Origin: Mobula hypostoma
Taxonomy: Eukaryota
Direction of reading: 5' to 3'
Length of the DNA stretch: 64,000 bases
Assembly (NCBI RefSeq): GCF_963921235.1
Contig: NC_086107.1
Coordinates: forward strand, 113,648,001-113,712,000
Shown piece by piece: positions 35,135-48,675 of the stretch; within the stretch, counting starts at the first letter, position 1; each line of letters begins with the position of its first letter. Under the pieces are notes generated by a model, which was not told where the DNA came from, did no database searches, and saw only the letters and a program-made list of their open reading frames with translations. A program made the position numbers and the translations under genes.

Positions 35135-36225
35135 ATAGGCATGCAGTGGAGCGCATCCTGACTGATTGCATCACGGCCTGGTATGGAAATGCAAAGGAAC
35201 AGAAGACTCTGCAGGAAGGGGTGGATACAATCCAGCCCATCACGGGTAAAGCTCTCCTCACCACTGAGAACATCCACACGGCGCATTGTCATAGGAAAGC
35301 AGCATCCATCGGCAAGGACCCCTCTATCCCGTCCATGCTCTTTTCTCACTGCTGCCATTGGGAAGCAGGTCCGGGAGCCTCAGGGCTCAGACAACCAGGC
35401 TCAGGAGTAATTATTACCCCGAACCATCAGACTCCTGAATTAGCATGGATAACTTCACTCACCCCAACTCTGAACTGATTCCACAACCTAAGTAAAGTAA
35501 AGGCATCCGTTCGTCTTGTGAGACCATGGATCTGCACCTGGAAAGTCTTCACTCTCCAGGGCGCAGGCCTGGGCAAGGTTGTATGGAAGACCAGCAGTTG
35601 CCCATGCTGCAAGTCTCCCCTCTCCATGCCACTGATGTTGTCCAAGGGAAGCATTAGGGCCCATACAGCTTGGCACCGGTGTCGTCACAGAGCACTGTGT
35701 GATTAAGTGCCTTGCTCAAGGACACAACATGTTGCCTTGGCTGGGGCTCGAACTCACGACCTTCAGGTTGGTAGTCCAATGCCTTAACCACTTGGCCACG
35801 TGCCCACACAACCTATAAACTCACTTTCAAGGACTCTACAACTCGTCTTTGCGATATTATTTATTTATTGTTTTGTATTTGCACTATTTGACTTTTTTAC
35901 CTGTTGGTAGTTTGCCAGACACAAACGAGAGCAAGTCTGTTGGTGCTGGATTTCCAGAGTAACACAGACAAAACACTAGAGGAACTCAGCAGGTCAGGCA
36001 GCATCGCTGGAAATGAATAAAATGTCAACGTTTTGGACCGAGACTGTTCTTCAGGACTGAGAAGGAAGGGGGAAGATGCCAGAATAGCTCGTTTGTTTGT
36101 GTGTAGTTTTTCATTGATTCTATTGTGTTTCATTGTTTGGCTGTGAATGCCTGCAAGAAAATGCATCTTGGGGTAGTACATGGTGCCATATATGTATATA
36201 CTTTGATAATAACTTTGAACTTTGA
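35135..36225 (+). mobile_element. Rex1-like LINE 3' end and 3'UTR, hosting a SINE and a Penelope-like pLTR fragment (~35930-36087)
   Basis: ORF 35146-35478 ERILTDCITAWYGNA..HCHRKAASI. Tail TTTGAACTTTGA at ~36215. Confidence 0.65.
35491..35806 (-). mobile_element. tRNA-derived SINE, full length
   Basis: Minus strand A box TGGCCAAGTGG, B box GAGTTCGAGCC, then TGTGTCCTTGAGCAAGGCACTT. (TTTAC)n tail and TSD CACAACCTA (35482-35490 / 35807-35815). Confidence 0.8.
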
Positions 36226-37339
36226 TTCTGGCGACAATTGCGAGTTTAGGGGTCGCGTCACATGACTGACTGCCCTTCAGATGGAAACGATGTGCCTGTG
36301 AATTTCAGAAGCCATTCTGCAGAATGCCTTGGGTTCCTTGTGTCTCACGCACACCAGTCTGAGATTACATCTCACTGGACACTGTATACATTTGTCGTTC
36401 ATTTGTTTTCCCTCTTGTGCCCTTCCCTAGACCTCCTCTCCATTCCTTTCAATCCCTCTGCATCTCGAGACTTGCTTGTAACTATGCCAGCTAGGAGCAG
36501 CGTGAGAAAAGTTTATCAAGAGGCGAGCAGAACAAGAGGGTCACCCAGCAAAACAACAGGAGATTGTTTCATACTTATATAAAAAAAACAACTTCTTCCC
36601 CACAACCATTAGATTTCTGAACTTTATAACCCTTCCTGTTTATCAGAATCAGGTTTAATATCACTGACCTATGTCATGAAATTTGTTGTTCTGTGGTAAC
36701 AGTAGGTTTTATTTATTTTATATTTAACGATACTGTGAGGAATAGGCCCTTCTGGTGCTCTGAGCCACAGTAACGCCACAAGCTCTGACTAATCCTAACC
36801 TAATCACAGGACAATTTACAATGCCATTTAACAGCTCTGGACTGTGGGAGGAAACTGGAACATCCAGGGAAAACTTATGCATTACTCAGGAAAAACGTAC
36901 AGGGACTCCTCACAGAATGGCGCCGGAATTGAACTCTGAACTCTGGAGCACCCTAGCTGTAATAGCGTCATGGTAACCACTACATCACCCGAGACGGCCA
37001 ACACCATTGCAATAGATAATAATCAAAATTACAGTAAGTATATATGTGTGCATACGTATGTAAGTACTGAGAAAAGAGAAGTAGTGTTGATGCATTCATT
37101 ATTGTTGTCACACATCCTGAGTTGCAATAAAAAACTTTTGTTTACGAACCACCCAGGCAGATCATTTCAAACATAAGTACATTACAGCAGCAAAATGTCC
37201 ATAGATCCCTCTAAGTTGCCACATTCTCCCCGTGGCCACCTGGGTTTCCTCCAGCAGTCCAAAGGCATACTAGTTGGTAAGTTAATTGGTCATTGTAACT
37301 TGTCCTGTAGCATTGGGACATAAATTGAGAGATAAACTC

Positions 37340-37875
37340 AGGACATACCTAATAAAGTGGCAACTGAGTACATTCATGGTTTTCTGCTGCTGTAGCCCAT
37401 CAATGCCAGGTTCAACGTGTTGTGTGTTCAGCGATACTCTTCTGCACACCACTGTTGTAACAGTGGTTATATGAGTTACTTTCGCCTTCCCGTCAACTTG
37501 AACCAGTCTGGCCATTGTCCTTTGACCTCTCTCATTAACGAGGCATTTTCACCCACAGACCTGCCACTCACTGAGTGATTTGTTTTTGTTTCTCGCACTA
37601 TTCTCTGTAAACGTTAGAGACTGTTGTGTGTGAAAATCCCAGGAGATCAGCAGTTCCTGAGATACTCAAACCACCCCATCTGGCACCAACAATCATTCCA
37701 CGGTCAAAATCATTTAGATCACACTTCTTCCCCATTCTGATGTTTGGCCTGAACAACAACTGAACCTCTTGACCACATCTACATGCTTTTATGCATTGCG
37801 TTGCCACCACATGATTGGCTGATTAGATAGTGGCATTAACGAGCAGCTGTACCTAATAAAGTGGCCACTGAGTGT
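37340..37875 (-). mobile_element. Tc1-derived non-autonomous transposon with transposase HTH remnant
   Basis: ORF 37598-37810(-) MGKKCDLNDFDRGMIVGARWGGLSISGTADLLGFSHTTVSNVYRE. Terminal motif CCTAATAAAGTGGCCACTGAGTGT. Confidence 0.8.
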
Positions 37876-38135
37876 GTGTTACATTAATATTGAATGACAC
37901 TATACTTCAGAAATAATGCACATGTTAACTGGTGCGTTTACCATATCTGATTAAAGACTCAGTTCTGTCCAGTAGAAACAGTAAATTGGTATATTAGTTT
38001 ACTGGTGTCACATGTACACCAGTCAACTGAGAAACACTGTTTTGCAAATCATCCACACAGATCATTTCATCACACCAGCGCTTCATGGTACTACAAGAGA
38101 AAAATAAGCAGAATGCAGAATAAAGACCATAAGAT

Positions 38136-38499
38136 TACTCACTGCCTGTTACATCGCTGGCGTTTAGGGCAGCAATGAAGGTCCTCCATCTCTGGCGATG
38201 TTCCATGCTTCCTTCATCGTGTCAGTCATTTCCTCTCAGTTTTCACTACTGTCAGTCATGCAAGTCCCGGGTGGAGACTCAGGAATACCGTCACACTCAG
38301 ATGTAGGAGGATTCTTCATTGCTGTTTTTGTAACAATTTTGTTTTACCAGTCAGGGGTGTTATTCTTGAACTGAACTTCTCTTGGTCTGGCCTCTACCCT
38401 TTGACCTGCTGGCATGGGTGACCCCACCAAGAACCCTTACTCCAGCCAACATTGCTTCCTAGGTCTTTGAGGAAGACAAGGTTGTGGTCTTCTTGGAGG
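38136..38499 (-). mobile_element. RTE-derived non-autonomous ~400-bp element (internally deleted copy)
   Basis: TSD AAGACCATAAGAT (38123-38135 / 38500-38512). 5' end CCTCCAAGAAGACCACAACCTTGTC and a GTAA-type tail. Confidence 0.75.
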
Positions 38500-38599
38500 A
38501 AGACCATAAGATATAGGAGAAGAATTAGGCCCTTTGGCGCTATGCCTCTGCTCCACCATTTCATCATGGCCGATCTATTTCTCTCTCATGCCCATATCT

Positions 38600-39248
38600 C
38601 TTACCAGGTGGGGAAGGCCCAACAGAGGTTCTACTTCCTAAGGAAGCTAAAGCACGCTCTCCTCCCTCATCACCTGCTGATCAACTTCTATCGGACAACT
38701 ATAGAGAGCCTCCTGACATATTGCTGTGCAGTGTGGTTTGCCAGCTGCACAGAACAGAACAGGAAGGACTTGCAGCAGGTGGTGAGGGTAGCAGAGCGGG
38801 TTATTGGTACAACATTACCCTCCCTCAGAGACATTTATACTGGCAGACTTCAAAAGAAGGCTACTTGTATTTCAAAGGATCCCACTCATCCTGGACATCA
38901 CCTGTTTTCCCCTCTACCTTCTGGGAAGAGATACAGAGCATTAAGAACAAAAACAAAGAGACTCCTTAACAGCTTCTACCCACAAGCAGTGAAATGTATA
39001 ACACCCCCTTCCCTTCTCCTGCCCCCCTCCTAAGACGGCGGCAGCTAAATGCATCACACTTCCAGGAATGACAGGTGTGCAATAGTCCTACCCCCCCCAC
39101 CCATATATTATTAATTTTGGACTGCACTCCTGATGTTTTAGAGTTTATTTTATGTATATATTCTTTGTCATGCTGCAAAACGTTGAGATGCTAAACCGTG
39201 TTTCATTGCTCCACAACAATGACAATAAAGATATTCTATTCTATTCTA
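38600..39248 (+). mobile_element. Rex1/Babar-like LINE 3' end with (ATTCT)n tail, inside a minus-strand CR1 tail
   Basis: ORF 38452-39033 KAQQRFYFLRKLKHA..NFYRTTIESLLTYCCAVWF..HPGHHLFSPLPSGKRYR..NSFYPQAV. Confidence 0.8.
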
Positions 39249-39794
39249 TCTCCTGCCTTCTCCCCATATCCCTTCATGCCCTGACTAATCAAAAATCTAT
39301 CAACCTCTTCCTGACATATACCCAATGACTTGGCCTCCATACCCAACTGTGGCAATGGATTTCACAGATTCACAACCATCTGGCTGCAGAAATTCCTCCT
39401 TATCTCCGTTCTAAATGGATGTGCCTCTATTCCTCTCTATCCCTCTATATACTAAAGAGTTACAGTTACAAAGAAAGAGCAGCGCAGACGATAAGGTGCA
39501 AGGCCATGATGAAGTAGACTGTGAGGTCAAGACTCCATCCGATTGTACTAGGCTCCATTCAATAGTCTTATAACAGTGAGACTGAACTTGACTCTGAGCC
39601 TGGCCCACAAGCTTTCAGGCTTTTGTATCTTGTGCCTGATGATGGTGGGGAAAGGAGAGAATGTCCGGAGTGGAAGGGCCATCACGGCAGTGTGATGGCT
39701 AGCGTGATGCTTTTCAGTGCCACCACGACCTGGGTTCAATTCCCACCACTCTCTGTAAGGAGTTAGTACTTTTCTCCCCATGACCACTTGGTTT

Positions 39795-40398
39795 TGGAAG
39801 AATGGGCAAAGAAGCGGCAAATGAAGTACAATGTTGGAAAGTGTATGGTTCTGCACTTTGGCAGAAGAAATAAACGGGCAGACTATTATTTAAATGGGGA
39901 AAGAATTCAAAGTTCTGAGATGCAAAGGGACTTGGGAGTCCTCGTGCAGGATACCCTTAAGGTTAACTTCCAGGTTGAGTCGGTGGTGAAGAAGGTGAAT
40001 GCAATGTTGGCATTCATTTCTAGAGGAATAGAGTATAGGAGCAGGGATGTGATGTGGAGTCTCTATAAGGCGCTGGTGAGACCTCACTTGGAGTACTGTG
40101 GGCAGTTTTGGTCTCCCTATTTAAGAAAGGATGTGCTGACGTTGGAGAGGTTACAGAGAAGATTCACTAGAATGATTCCGGGAATGAGAGGGTTAACATA
40201 TGAAGAACGTTTGTCCGTTCTTGGACTGTATTCCTTGGAGTTTAGAAGAATGAGGGGAGACCTCATAGAAACATTTCGAATGTTGAAAGGCATGGACAGA
40301 GTGGATGTGGCAAAGTCGTTTCCCATGATGGGGGAGTCTAGTACGAGAGGACATGACTTAAGGATTGAAGGGCGCCCATTCAGAACAGAGATGTGAAG
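39795..40398 (+). mobile_element. CR1 LINE ORF2 fragment
   Basis: ORF 39788-40396 EWAKKRQMKYNVGKC..RDLGV..LYKALVRPHLEYCGQFWSP..TRGH. Same subfamily as 60647-61011(-). Confidence 0.85.
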
Positions 40399-41554
40399 AT
40401 GTGGGGGGGGTTGATGCTTGTGTTGCCGTTCTTTTTCTTGTGCAGGGGCTGGGTTTTCTGCTTCTCTTTGAACTGACTTCCATGGCTTTCTTTGTTTTGT
40501 GGCTAACTGGAGATGAAGAACTTCAGAGTTGTATACTTCGATAAGAGTACCAACAATTGTATACTGGCTCTATTGTAGGAGAAAATAGCTAACACTGTTA
40601 AAGCTCAGACAATTTCCCTCTCTCAGTTATATGTTCAGTTTCATTTTTTTGTGTGGGGCATTTCACATCGCAGTCCCTCGCTCTGTGAAGACAGTGTGAA
40701 TGTTTTTTTACCACCCCCAAACTCCGTTTCCAAACATCAAAGTTCTGCTTGTCCAGGCTTTGTCAGCAGTCCCTTCTCACACTTGTTCATGTCCAGGAAT
40801 TTTAGTTGCTGTTGCCAGTGTGAATCATCCCAAAATTACCAAACATTAAAAAGCATTACGTCAATACATTATTTATAACAGTATATTTTCAAAATTTTGT
40901 CATTCAGCACTTTTGTATCAGGAAGTTCGTTGAAACGAGTCCAAGAATCTACACAGGTCAGTTTCTCGTTGATGGGTGGAAAGCTTTGTAGAAGTTCTTT
41001 GTACTCTATTGATATCTCTGTCTCTCCCCCCCCTCTTCCCCCTCCCTCTCTCCCTCTCTCCCTCTCTCCCTCTCCCCCCACCCGCACCCCCCCCCCCAGC
41101 TCTCTCCCTGTCTTGGAGAAGCAATGCAAAAGATTGTAACATCAGAATAGCCAAGTTCTGGTCTGCCCTTTCACTGTTGCAGGAGTGACCTCTCTCTCCC
41201 TCACTAGAGAGAGAGCCTACCGGAGATTCAGACCATGCTGGGTTATGCGCTGTGGTTTTGTTGGACTCTGGATCGAGGGCTTTTTGGTGCTTCTGCTTAT
41301 ACGAGTGGGGGTGGGGGAGGGAGGGCAGGTTTCAGGGCTTCGATGTTCTATTGCTCAATCTATGGGGTTTCTCGTCTCAGGATGTCTGTGAAGAGTACGA
41401 GTTTCAGGTTGTTTACTGTATAGATTCTCTGATACTAAGTTAACTTAAATGAAATGAAATAAGAAACGTTGATCTGGGATGCAGTTAATGGTCTGCTGGA
41501 GGGAAATGGATTAAATGTGACAAATTTACATGGTTTGATTCAATTTCTGTTTAA

Positions 41555-42530
41555 CCAACTTGGCGGAGTTTTTTTGATGAGGTAACGTTGAATGGAAGAG
41601 GAATACATGAAGGACTTGCAGAAGGCTTTTGATAAACTTGCACACAGCAGGCTTTTGAGCAAAGGGGGAAGATTGACAGCGTGTATAAGAAGCTGGCTAA
41701 TCAGCAGGCCACTGGGCTCTGTGGTGAGCAGTTCCTTCTCTGACTGTGGGAAAGTGAGTTGTCAAACTGCCCAGAGATCACTGAGGGGTATGGTCTACAC
41801 TTGTGGGGTGCAAGCCTCCACGTCTAAATTTGTGGAAGTTGGAAGACTTGGCAGTACTGGGAATTGCGAGGAGGCAGAGAAAACCAGACTGCTAGAATAG
41901 GCAGACAAAGTGAGAAGGCAAAGAATAAAAGATTATAGATTTCCTTTATTCATCACACAGAGAGAAATGCCTCATTTGTGTCAAGTGAAATCAGTGAGGG
42001 TCGTGCTGGGGGCAGCCCGCAAGTGTTACCACACTTCCGGCTCCAACAGAGCACGTCCACAACTCACTAACCCTCACCTGTCCATCTTTGGACTGTGGGA
42101 GGACACCGGAGCATCAGGAGGTCAGGGAGGGAATGTACAGATGGTGGCAGGAACTGAACGCTGTTGGCGCTGTAAAGCGCCACGCTAACTACAATGTGAC
42201 AGTGCTAAGGAAACTTGAGGTGATGCAACTAAGCAACAATATAAAATAAAGGGTAATGTTTTTAAAAGGGTGCAGAAGCTGACAGCCACAAAGGTGTGGT
42301 TACACAGAGTACTGAAAGTGCCAGAGTAGCTGAGAATTTCACTAATAAGGCGTACACAATTTTGTGCGTACAGGTATAGTGAGGTAGAGCATTAAATCAG
42401 AGAATAATGCTGAATATGAATAAAACGTGGGTATGGCCTCATCCAGAGTATTGTGTTCAATGCTAGCTTCCTCATTACAGAAGGGATGTGGAGATATAGA
42501 GAGGGTTCAGTGGAGATTCACCAGGACGTG
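41555..42530 (+). mobile_element. Highly decayed CR1 RT region with nested repeats
   Basis: Encodes DLQKAFDKLAHSRLLSK...IRSWL and, further on, IERVQWRFTR. Confidence 0.55.
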
Positions 42531-42569
42531 GGTCGGGATACTTACAAGGGGTCTTTTCGAGAGATTCCT

Positions 42570-43090
42570 TAAGGTTATCATAGCCGGGGCTGATGGTGGG
42601 GTTCAGCTCCCACTATTTAATGCTCCCAATAGCGTGTGCCTCAACTAGTCTCTAACAACCAAGTTCAGTTTCTGGCCTTCACGTGTGGCTCAGCTCCTAA
42701 GTCCAGCAGAACTTTTTCTACTGACAGGAGAAAGAACAAAGGTGGATTATTGGCGCCTTAAAACCAGTCGCTTTCGGCAGATAGGGCTCGTCAGCTGTGG
42801 TTGGCAGCTCATCTAGGAGAAGGAGATCTCTGATCTCAAACCTCCGCTGCTTTGTGGCCATACCCACTCACGGGGAAGACTTCAGGAGTAAACCCAGAGG
42901 GCAAATCTGCAGCTGGACTCCCTAAGGCAGTCCTGTGTTGCGTTCAACTGTTGCGTGAATCTCCTGGATTCATCATCTGTGTGAAGGGCAGAGGCTTGTT
43001 CTCCATATCGTCCTGTCCTGGCTCGCGGATCACAGCTGGGACAAACATCCATGATGGACCCCAACCAACAGAGGACGTCATTTGGAGTTT
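42570..43090 (+). mobile_element. RTE-5'UTR-like interspersed repeat
   Basis: Contains GGCAGCTCATCTAGGAGAAGGAGATCTCTGATCTCAAACCTCCGCTGC. Homologous to 6190-6570(-) and 21975-22215(-). Confidence 0.55.
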
Positions 43091-44383
43091 TCTTTGGAGA
43101 AGAGAAGATTGAGGGGAGATCCAATAGAAGTATATAAAACAATTAGGCATCTAAGTAGTGAGCACCATAAGACCATGAAATATAGGAGCAGATCAGGCCA
43201 TTCGGCCCATTGAGTCTGCTCCACTATTCAATCATGCCTGATCTTTTTTTCAACCCCATTCTCCTGCCTTCATGGGACCCTGGAAGCCTGTCCCTATTGG
43301 TGGAGGGATTGGGGTCACAGGCAGAGAATTAAGAATGATATGGGAGAAAAAATACTTCCCCAGAAATGTGTGATTGGAATTTGCAATCCACAGCCCACAG
43401 ATATGTTGGAAATATTTTCAACCCTAGCCTTCAAGAGGGATTTGGATAACTATATGGTGGAAAATGATTTGTAAGGCTACAATGACAACGCCATGGTGTA
43501 GGGGTCATAATTAGCCGTGGTAGGGGGCTGGCCTGGAGAGGGTGGGCCAAATGCTTCTACGTGGCGATGTGTTATGGAGATGATGGGCTGCGTTCCTGCA
43601 CTTTCCAGAAGCAGATTTATGATTACAGGTACAGTGAGATGCATTGTTTTTAACAGCCAGCACACTCAAGGGTGTGCTGGGCAGGCAGCCCACAAATGCT
43701 GCCACACATCCTGGTGCCAACATAGATTGCCCACCATGTTCACACAACAACAAGACGAAACAAGCACCTGTCCCGTCCCTCCTACCCTCCACCCAACATA
43801 GCACAAAGCTGCCGGCTTATGATGGCACCATGGAAGAGGGGTGACAACTTACTGGTGGTTCCCAAAGCAAGGAATACAACTGCATACTGTATTAGTAACA
43901 CTGTTTCTGTACAACATTATGGCAAACAATCATCGTGAGCAATGACGAGACACGCAGAGACCAGACCGGGTCAAGCATATGGATGCAAGGCGGAGTTGGA
44001 GAAAGGTCGGAGCGTGTTTGAGGAGGAGACGGAGCAAGGTGGAGGCATATTCAAGATGGAGTAGGAGCACTGCTGAGGCATGTTCAGGACTTGAGTTGGG
44101 CGTACGAAGCAGAGATAAAGCTGGAGCGGAGGGAACCGGGGGGGGGGGCGGGCATTGGGTAAGGGCCAGAATGTGGAAGCGGGGCTTGGGTTCAGAGCGT
44201 ATCGAAGCGATAGGGTCCAGGTCTCAGAGTGAGGGGGTGACCCAATGTTTGGATGATTTAAACACCAGGCCAGATGGATTGAAAAGGCCGGGTGTCGGGA
44301 TCGGGGTGAGGGTCAATGAGAGCAGATTTTATTCTATATCTCAAATTCTTTGGAAGAGGTATGTTAATTCTGTGAGGGCAAAG

Positions 44384-44672
44384 TTGTTAGGCCGGCACAA
44401 GCAGGCTCCTCCCTGTTTCCATTCAGCTAATAGGAATCACCTGCCACTCGCTTCCAACTCATCACCTGCAGCCTATTTAAACCAGCTCTCAGCCACAGGC
44501 CTTGTTCACTCATTGAACCAGCCAGCCTCAACCAGTTGGTCCCAGCCTTCAGTTGCCTTGATGCATCAAGTATCTGTTTTGGTTTGTGGCCCCCTCATAG
44601 CTTGTTATTTTGCAGTTTATTAGTAAAATATCATGCACTGTTGAATTGTCTCTGCTGCTCTGCTTTTGAGCT
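44384..44672 (+). mobile_element. Possible Gypsy-type solo LTR fragment
   Basis: TGTTAGG start, CACCTG boxes, TATTTAAA, AGTAAA, then TCTGCTTTTG. Layout only; no TSD found. Confidence 0.35.
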
Positions 44673-44894
44673 AAAGTTTGATGATCTGGACAGCTGCAAT
44701 GTGACTGTATTCCTTCACTGGGGTTTTGAGTGTGCCATTGGGCTACTGTGTTTTGCAGATTGGCCTCAAAGGAACAATGTTTTGTTTAGCTGTATACACG
44801 TATATGGTTGCATAGTGATAAACTTGAACTAGACTGAACAGAAGCTTGATGAGGCCCTTCTAATAAGGCTGGTGACTCCTTCACAAGGCTGTGG

Positions 44895-45329
44895 TATGCC
44901 TAGTCAGAGGACAGAGTCTCTGAATAGAGGGATGTCCACTTAGAACAGAAATGAGGAGAAATTTCTCTAGCCAGTGTGCCGTGGATCTATGGAATGTGTT
45001 GCCACAGACAGCTGTGGAGGCCAATTCATTGAATGTATCTAAAGTGGAGATTGCAAGGTTCATGATTAGTCAGCGTGTCAAAGGTTACGGGGAGAAGGTA
45101 GGAGAATGCGATTCAGAAGGATAATAAATCGGCCATGATGGAATGGCAGAGCAGACTCAATGATGGGATGCACTGCCTGAGTCAGTGGTGCAGGCAGATA
45201 CATTCGTGAAGTTTAAGAGACTACTAGACAGGTATATGGAGGGATTTAAGATGGGAGGCAGGGTTTGAGGGTCGGCACAACATTGTGGGCCGAAGGGCCT
45301 GTACTGTGCTGTACTATTCTATGTTCTAT
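44895..45329 (+). mobile_element. Two adjacent CR1 3' ends
   Basis: 45165-45329 is near-identical to 23930-24100. 44895-45160 belongs to another CR1 subfamily. Confidence 0.75.
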
Positions 45330-46214
45330 GGACGAATGCCCTGCATGTCTTCTGGAGTAATGGACTTAAGATGACAGTGTAACAGTAAGTAATCCTCTTT
45401 GTCATTTTTCTTGTGATGGCAAGACCCTGTTGGACATTGTTAGTGTGAAATGCTGCAAGACCGATTCCCTGATTGATTGGTGGATGGCGGAGGGCGCGTG
45501 GCCTGGGTCGTGGCAAGGCCTAGGCCTCAGGCTGTGCTGTCACCTGTTTACAGCCGATCAGGAGAGAGCCGCCAGAGTCACTGTGCTCCACCGGAGGCAG
45601 TGTGGCACAGCACCCGAGCTGGAGTCAGTGCGGCCCTCCACTGTTCGCGCAACAGAAGACAAGCTGTATTGTGTTTTTAATTGCAGACTGCTGCAACGTT
45701 CATGGACACAGGGTCTTGGATTACAATATTCTTTGTGTGACTGTATTCTACTGATATCGTGTATGTGCTTACATTCCTATATGTGCTCGTGCTGTCTATG
45801 ACTATCAGTACTGTGTTTAGCACCTTGGCACTGGAATAACGCTGTTTCATTTCACTGTATTCATGTATGGTCGAATGACAATTAAGCTTGAACTTCAACT
45901 CGAGGGCACAGTTCTTCCAGTTTCTGTTGAAAGTTAGAATCTGAGATCAGAGAGTTTTCATTCTCTCTCTCTCTTCCAGTGGCTATATTATTCGGTATCA
46001 GATGTCGACAAGGAAGGTACTAGTGAGGGGAATGTGTGTGCTGTGGTGGACTGTCAGTGAGTTCGAAGGAGAATGGGTACAGTTCCAGCAGTTGTCACAC
46101 ACATTTCAGAAAGAGAAGGAAGACTGGAGACTCCTTGCTAGTGGTACTCGGGTTGTTGAGACAGTCAGTGAACCAGAACCTGGCTGACTCCCACTCCTTC
46201 TACACCAGGGTCTG

Positions 46215-46675
46215 GAATATGCTCGCTCATGCAAATATCTAATCAGCCAATCATGTGGGAGCAGCTCAGTGCATAAGAGCACGCAGACGTGGTCAAGAGG
46301 TTCACTTGTTGTTCGGAATGCTTGTTGGTGCTAGATGGGGTGGTTTGAGTATCTCAGAAACTGCTGATCTCCTGGGGTTTTCATGCACAAGAGTCTCTGG
46401 AGTTTACAGAGAATGGTATGAAAAACAGAAAAAACATCCAGTGTACAGCAGTTTTGTGGGTGAAAACGTCTTGTTAATGAGAGAGGTCAGAGGAGAATGG
46501 CCAGACTGGTTCAAGCTGACAGGAATGCGACAGTAACTCACATAACCATCCATTACAACAGTGGTGTGCAGAAGAGCATCTCTGAATGCACAACACCTCA
46601 AAATTTGAAACGGATGGGCTACAGCATACACTCAGTGGCTGCTTGAGATACCTAATAAAGCGGCTACTGTGTGTA
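46215..46675 (+). mobile_element. Tc1-derived non-autonomous transposon
   Basis: ORF 46255-46536 GMLVGARWGGLSISETADLLGFSCTRVSGVYREW. End CCTAATAAAGCGGCTACTGTGTGTA. Confidence 0.75.
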
Positions 46676-48675
46676 ATCTTTCGTCTCCTATCTTTGTCTT
46701 TGTTTAAACCCTATATAAGCTGTCTGACTTCTCCCCATTGTGATGAATGGCAATAGACTTAAATTGTTAACTCTCTTTCCTTCAAGGTAGCCTTTATTTC
46801 CAGAACCATTCTCCACCACATTTCCTTACATTCCCCCAAACCGAAGAAAAATAATCAGTAAATTGGCTGCTCATTGTCACAAGTACTGAAGCCCAGCGGC
46901 TATCCTGGGCCCAGCGTATTGGCTTATTACTGGCTCTTATTGTCACAAGTACTGGCGATCTATCCTGGGCCCAACATATCGATGCAGTTACAAAGGAGGC
47001 AAGACTGCGGGTATATTTCATTCGGAGTTTGAGGAGATTTGGTATGTCACCAAAGACGCTCTCAAATTTCCACAGATGTTGAGATTAGAGCCTTGGTAAA
47101 CTGTTGAATCAGAAGACAAGATACATCATCTAACAACTAGATACCACTTAAAAGTAGATCATTTGTAGTTCCCAGTTTTGGGTATGAACACAAGGCTTTG
47201 GCTGCAGTGCACAGCCAGTAGGCCCTGGTGTATTTAGACACTGAGCGTCAAATAACTTGCAAATTTTTAAAGATATACCATAGAGAGCATTTGAACTGGC
47301 TGCATCACTGTCTGGTGTGGGGTAGGGGAAGGCACCGCACAGGATCGAAATAAGCTGCAGACAGTTGTGAACTCAGTCAGCTCCATCATGGGCACTAGCC
47401 TCTGTAGTATCCAGGACACCTTCAAAAGGAGATGCCTCAAAAAGGTGGCATCCATCATTAAGGCCCCCCATCACCCAGGACATGCCCTGTCCTCGTTGTT
47501 ACCATCAGGAAGGAGGTGCAGAAGCCTGAAGACACACACTCAATGATTCAGGAACAGCTTCTTCCCCTCTGCCATCTGATTTCTGAATGGACATTGAACC
47601 CATGAACACTACCTCACTGCTTTTTTTAACTTAACTATTTAATATATTCAAAGATTCAAAGTACATTTATTATCGAAGTATACAACCCCGAACTTCACCT
47701 TCCCCACAGACAGTCACGAAACAAAGAAGAAGCTAATTCAGCGCTGATAGAGTGAAAAACATTGGTTTGCACACCACCCATACAGATCATTATTAGCCCA
47801 GGGGGAAAAATCACAGCATTAGAATCAGGTTTGTTATCACCAACATGTATCGTGTTTTGCAGCAGTATGTTGCAAAACATAAAAAATACTATCAGCTACA
47901 ATTAGAAATATTAACAAATAGTGCTAAAAGGGGGGAGAATAGTGAGGTAATGTTCATGAATTGATGGACTGTTCTGAATATTCTGATAGAGGGAAGGGGG
48001 GGAGGCTGAAGTTTCCCAGTTACAAGGAAAGCTCTCTGCAGGTACTCAGTGAGGAGAAAGGTCATAATGAGGTGGATTGTGAAGTCAGAGTCCATTTTAT
48101 CTTACTAAGGGACAGTTCAGCAGCAGGCTAGATTCTGTCCTTGAATCTGATTGTATGTGCTTTCAGGCTTTTGTATCTTCTTGCCAAGGGGAGAAGTGGA
48201 CGGAGTCTTTGATTATGTTGGCTGCGCTAGCGAGATGCGTGGGCAGAGAAGTGAGAGTAGGCCATCTGACTCATCACTACTCTAAAGATTAAAGATCTTT
48301 ACCTCAATGCCTCTTTCCTGCACTATCTCCATATGCCTTTCCTTCTCGTAATCTCTACAAGTCTCTGCCTTGAACATACAGCAGCTGGACCTCCACAGCC
48401 TCTTAGGGAGAGAGTTCCACGTGTCCTCCAAAGTTTAAAGTCCAAAGTAAAGTTATTATCAAAGTGCATATATGCCACCATATACCACCCATTTTCTTGT
48501 GGGCATACTCAACAAATCTATAGACTAGTAACTATAACATAATCAATGAAAGACCGCCCAACTTGGGAGTTCAGCCAGAGTGTAGAAGACAACAAACTGT
48601 GCAAGTACAAAGAGAAGAAACAATAATAGCAATAAATATTGAGAACATGAGATCAAGAGTCATTGAAAGTGAATC

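Noticed and set aside
42586..42697. HDV-like fold suggested by GCC-TTCACGT-GT-GGC and GGGGCTGA/TCAGCTCC pairing
   Set aside because: The loop would be 9 nt, no G follows P1' for P1.1, and I could not place P2, P4 or J4/2. It is a single copy, so there is no covariation evidence.
43979..44623. 214-aa ORF
   Set aside because: No recognisable domain. It runs across a GA-rich repeat into a probable LTR fragment.
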